A stretch of 5,937 bases of DNA from a virus. A program made the translations under genes and the position numbers. Shown piece by piece: positions 5,666 through 5,937 of the stretch (the first letter of the stretch is position 1; every line of letters starts with the position of its first letter). Below the pieces are notes generated by a model. The model was not told the DNA's origin. It ran no database searches and worked only from the letters and a program-made list of their open reading frames with translations. The DNA is taken from the IMG/VR virus record IMGVR_UViG_3300045988_003949, one strand, 5' to 3'.

Positions 5666-5785
5666 GCGCACAGCGCTAAAAAGGAATGGACCAGCCGAGC
5701 TCCGCATGCGCTACGCACGGCAGGGCGCTAAAGCGCCATCAAAACAAAGGGACAAAACCGGCTACTGATATATCAATTAAAATAC

Positions 5786-5814
5786 TTGACAATTGTAAAG
5801 AAATATGCTATAAT
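5786..5814 (+). promoter_or_regulatory. Consensus sigma70-type promoter: TTGACA at 5786-5791, exact 17-nt spacer, TATAAT at 5809-5814.
   Basis: Both hexamers match the consensus 6/6 with 17-bp spacing. An SD-like AGAGAGGTAAGG and an ATG at 5840 follow downstream. An AT-rich, UP-like tract and the palindrome TGATATATCA (5766-5775) lie just upstream. Confidence 0.7.
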
Positions 5815-5839
5815 ATAACCAGAAAGAGAGGTAAGGATC

Positions 5840-5937
5840 ATGAAAAACTGTTACGAATACACAGAAAACAAAAAAGTAAAGTTCTACCGTTCAAGCATTG
5901 ATGGGCAAATCCGTTTCCCTTACACTTTCAGCAAAAA
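5840..5937 (+). CDS. 5' part of a 61-aa hypothetical protein that wraps the contig junction (MKNCYEYTENKKVKFYRSSIDGQIRFPYTFSKK...). It continues at window bases 56-143.
   Basis: ATG at 5840 lies 7-9 nt after the GAGAGGTAAGG SD and directly downstream of the consensus promoter. The frame stays open across the terminal repeat and ends at TAA 141-143, immediately before the peptidase RBS. Confidence 0.55.
   Translation, partial: MKNCYEYTENKKVKFYRSSIDGQIRFPYTFSK
5883..5937. repeat. Second copy of the 55-nt terminal redundancy, the overlap left by assembling a circular contig.
   Basis: Identical to bases 1-55. Confidence 0.9.

Noticed and set aside
5510-5707. Minus-strand 65-aa ORF over the iteron arrays.
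   Set aside because: The FNTFNTFNRF peptide is merely the translation of the GTTGAAA repeats.
5686-5901. A + strand 71-aa ORF running through the consensus promoter and into the 61-aa gene in another frame.
   Set aside because: AAGGA is only 1 nt from its ATG, and it overlaps the promoter and a better-supported ORF, so it is probably a chance frame.

Overview
The window is a complete, circularly permuted Microviridae (gokushovirus-like ssDNA phage) genome about 5882 nt long, so it is best read as a circle. Bases 5883-5937 are an exact copy of bases 1-55, which is the end redundancy expected when a circular contig is linearised. All credible genes are on the + strand, as expected for this family. 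The order around the circle is as follows. A perfect consensus sigma70 promoter at 5786-5814 sits upstream of a 61-aa ORF that wraps the contig ends (5840..5937 plus 1..143). Next comes a zinc peptidase M15-family protein at 157-549, then a cluster of small ORFs at 553-1280. That cluster includes a 40-aa Arg/Lys-rich J/ORF8-like DNA-binding protein at 898-1020 that the ORF track does not list. An acidic 132-aa protein follows at 1273-1671 and is a scaffold candidate. The major capsid protein VP1/F is at 1668-3341. A GNRA-loop hairpin with a T-run terminator lies at 3353-3377. The Gly-rich VP2/H-like pilot protein is at 3380-4243. The rolling-circle Rep VP4 is at 4240-5259 and carries a CxxCxxC cluster, the FITLTYD motif, an HYH (HUH) motif and YxxxYxxK catalytic tyrosines. 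Adjacent genes are linked by start/stop overlaps (ATGAATAA, GTGA, ATGA) and strong Shine-Dalgarno sites. Heavy SD use suggests a Firmicutes- or Proteobacteria-like host rather than a Bacteroidetes host. The most unusual part is a non-coding region of about 580 nt at 5260-5839, long for a microvirus. It contains an 11-bp perfect stem-loop and a duplicated TATCAAGTA motif. It also holds a 43-nt GC-only imperfect palindrome of alternating purine/pyrimidine, with Z-DNA and hairpin potential. A (TAG)n tract follows, then two arrays with about 8 copies of a GTTGAAA iteron at roughly 9-11 bp spacing, a 10-bp perfect palindrome, and the consensus promoter. Minus-strand ORFs and ORFs that overlap these repeats are judged spurious.
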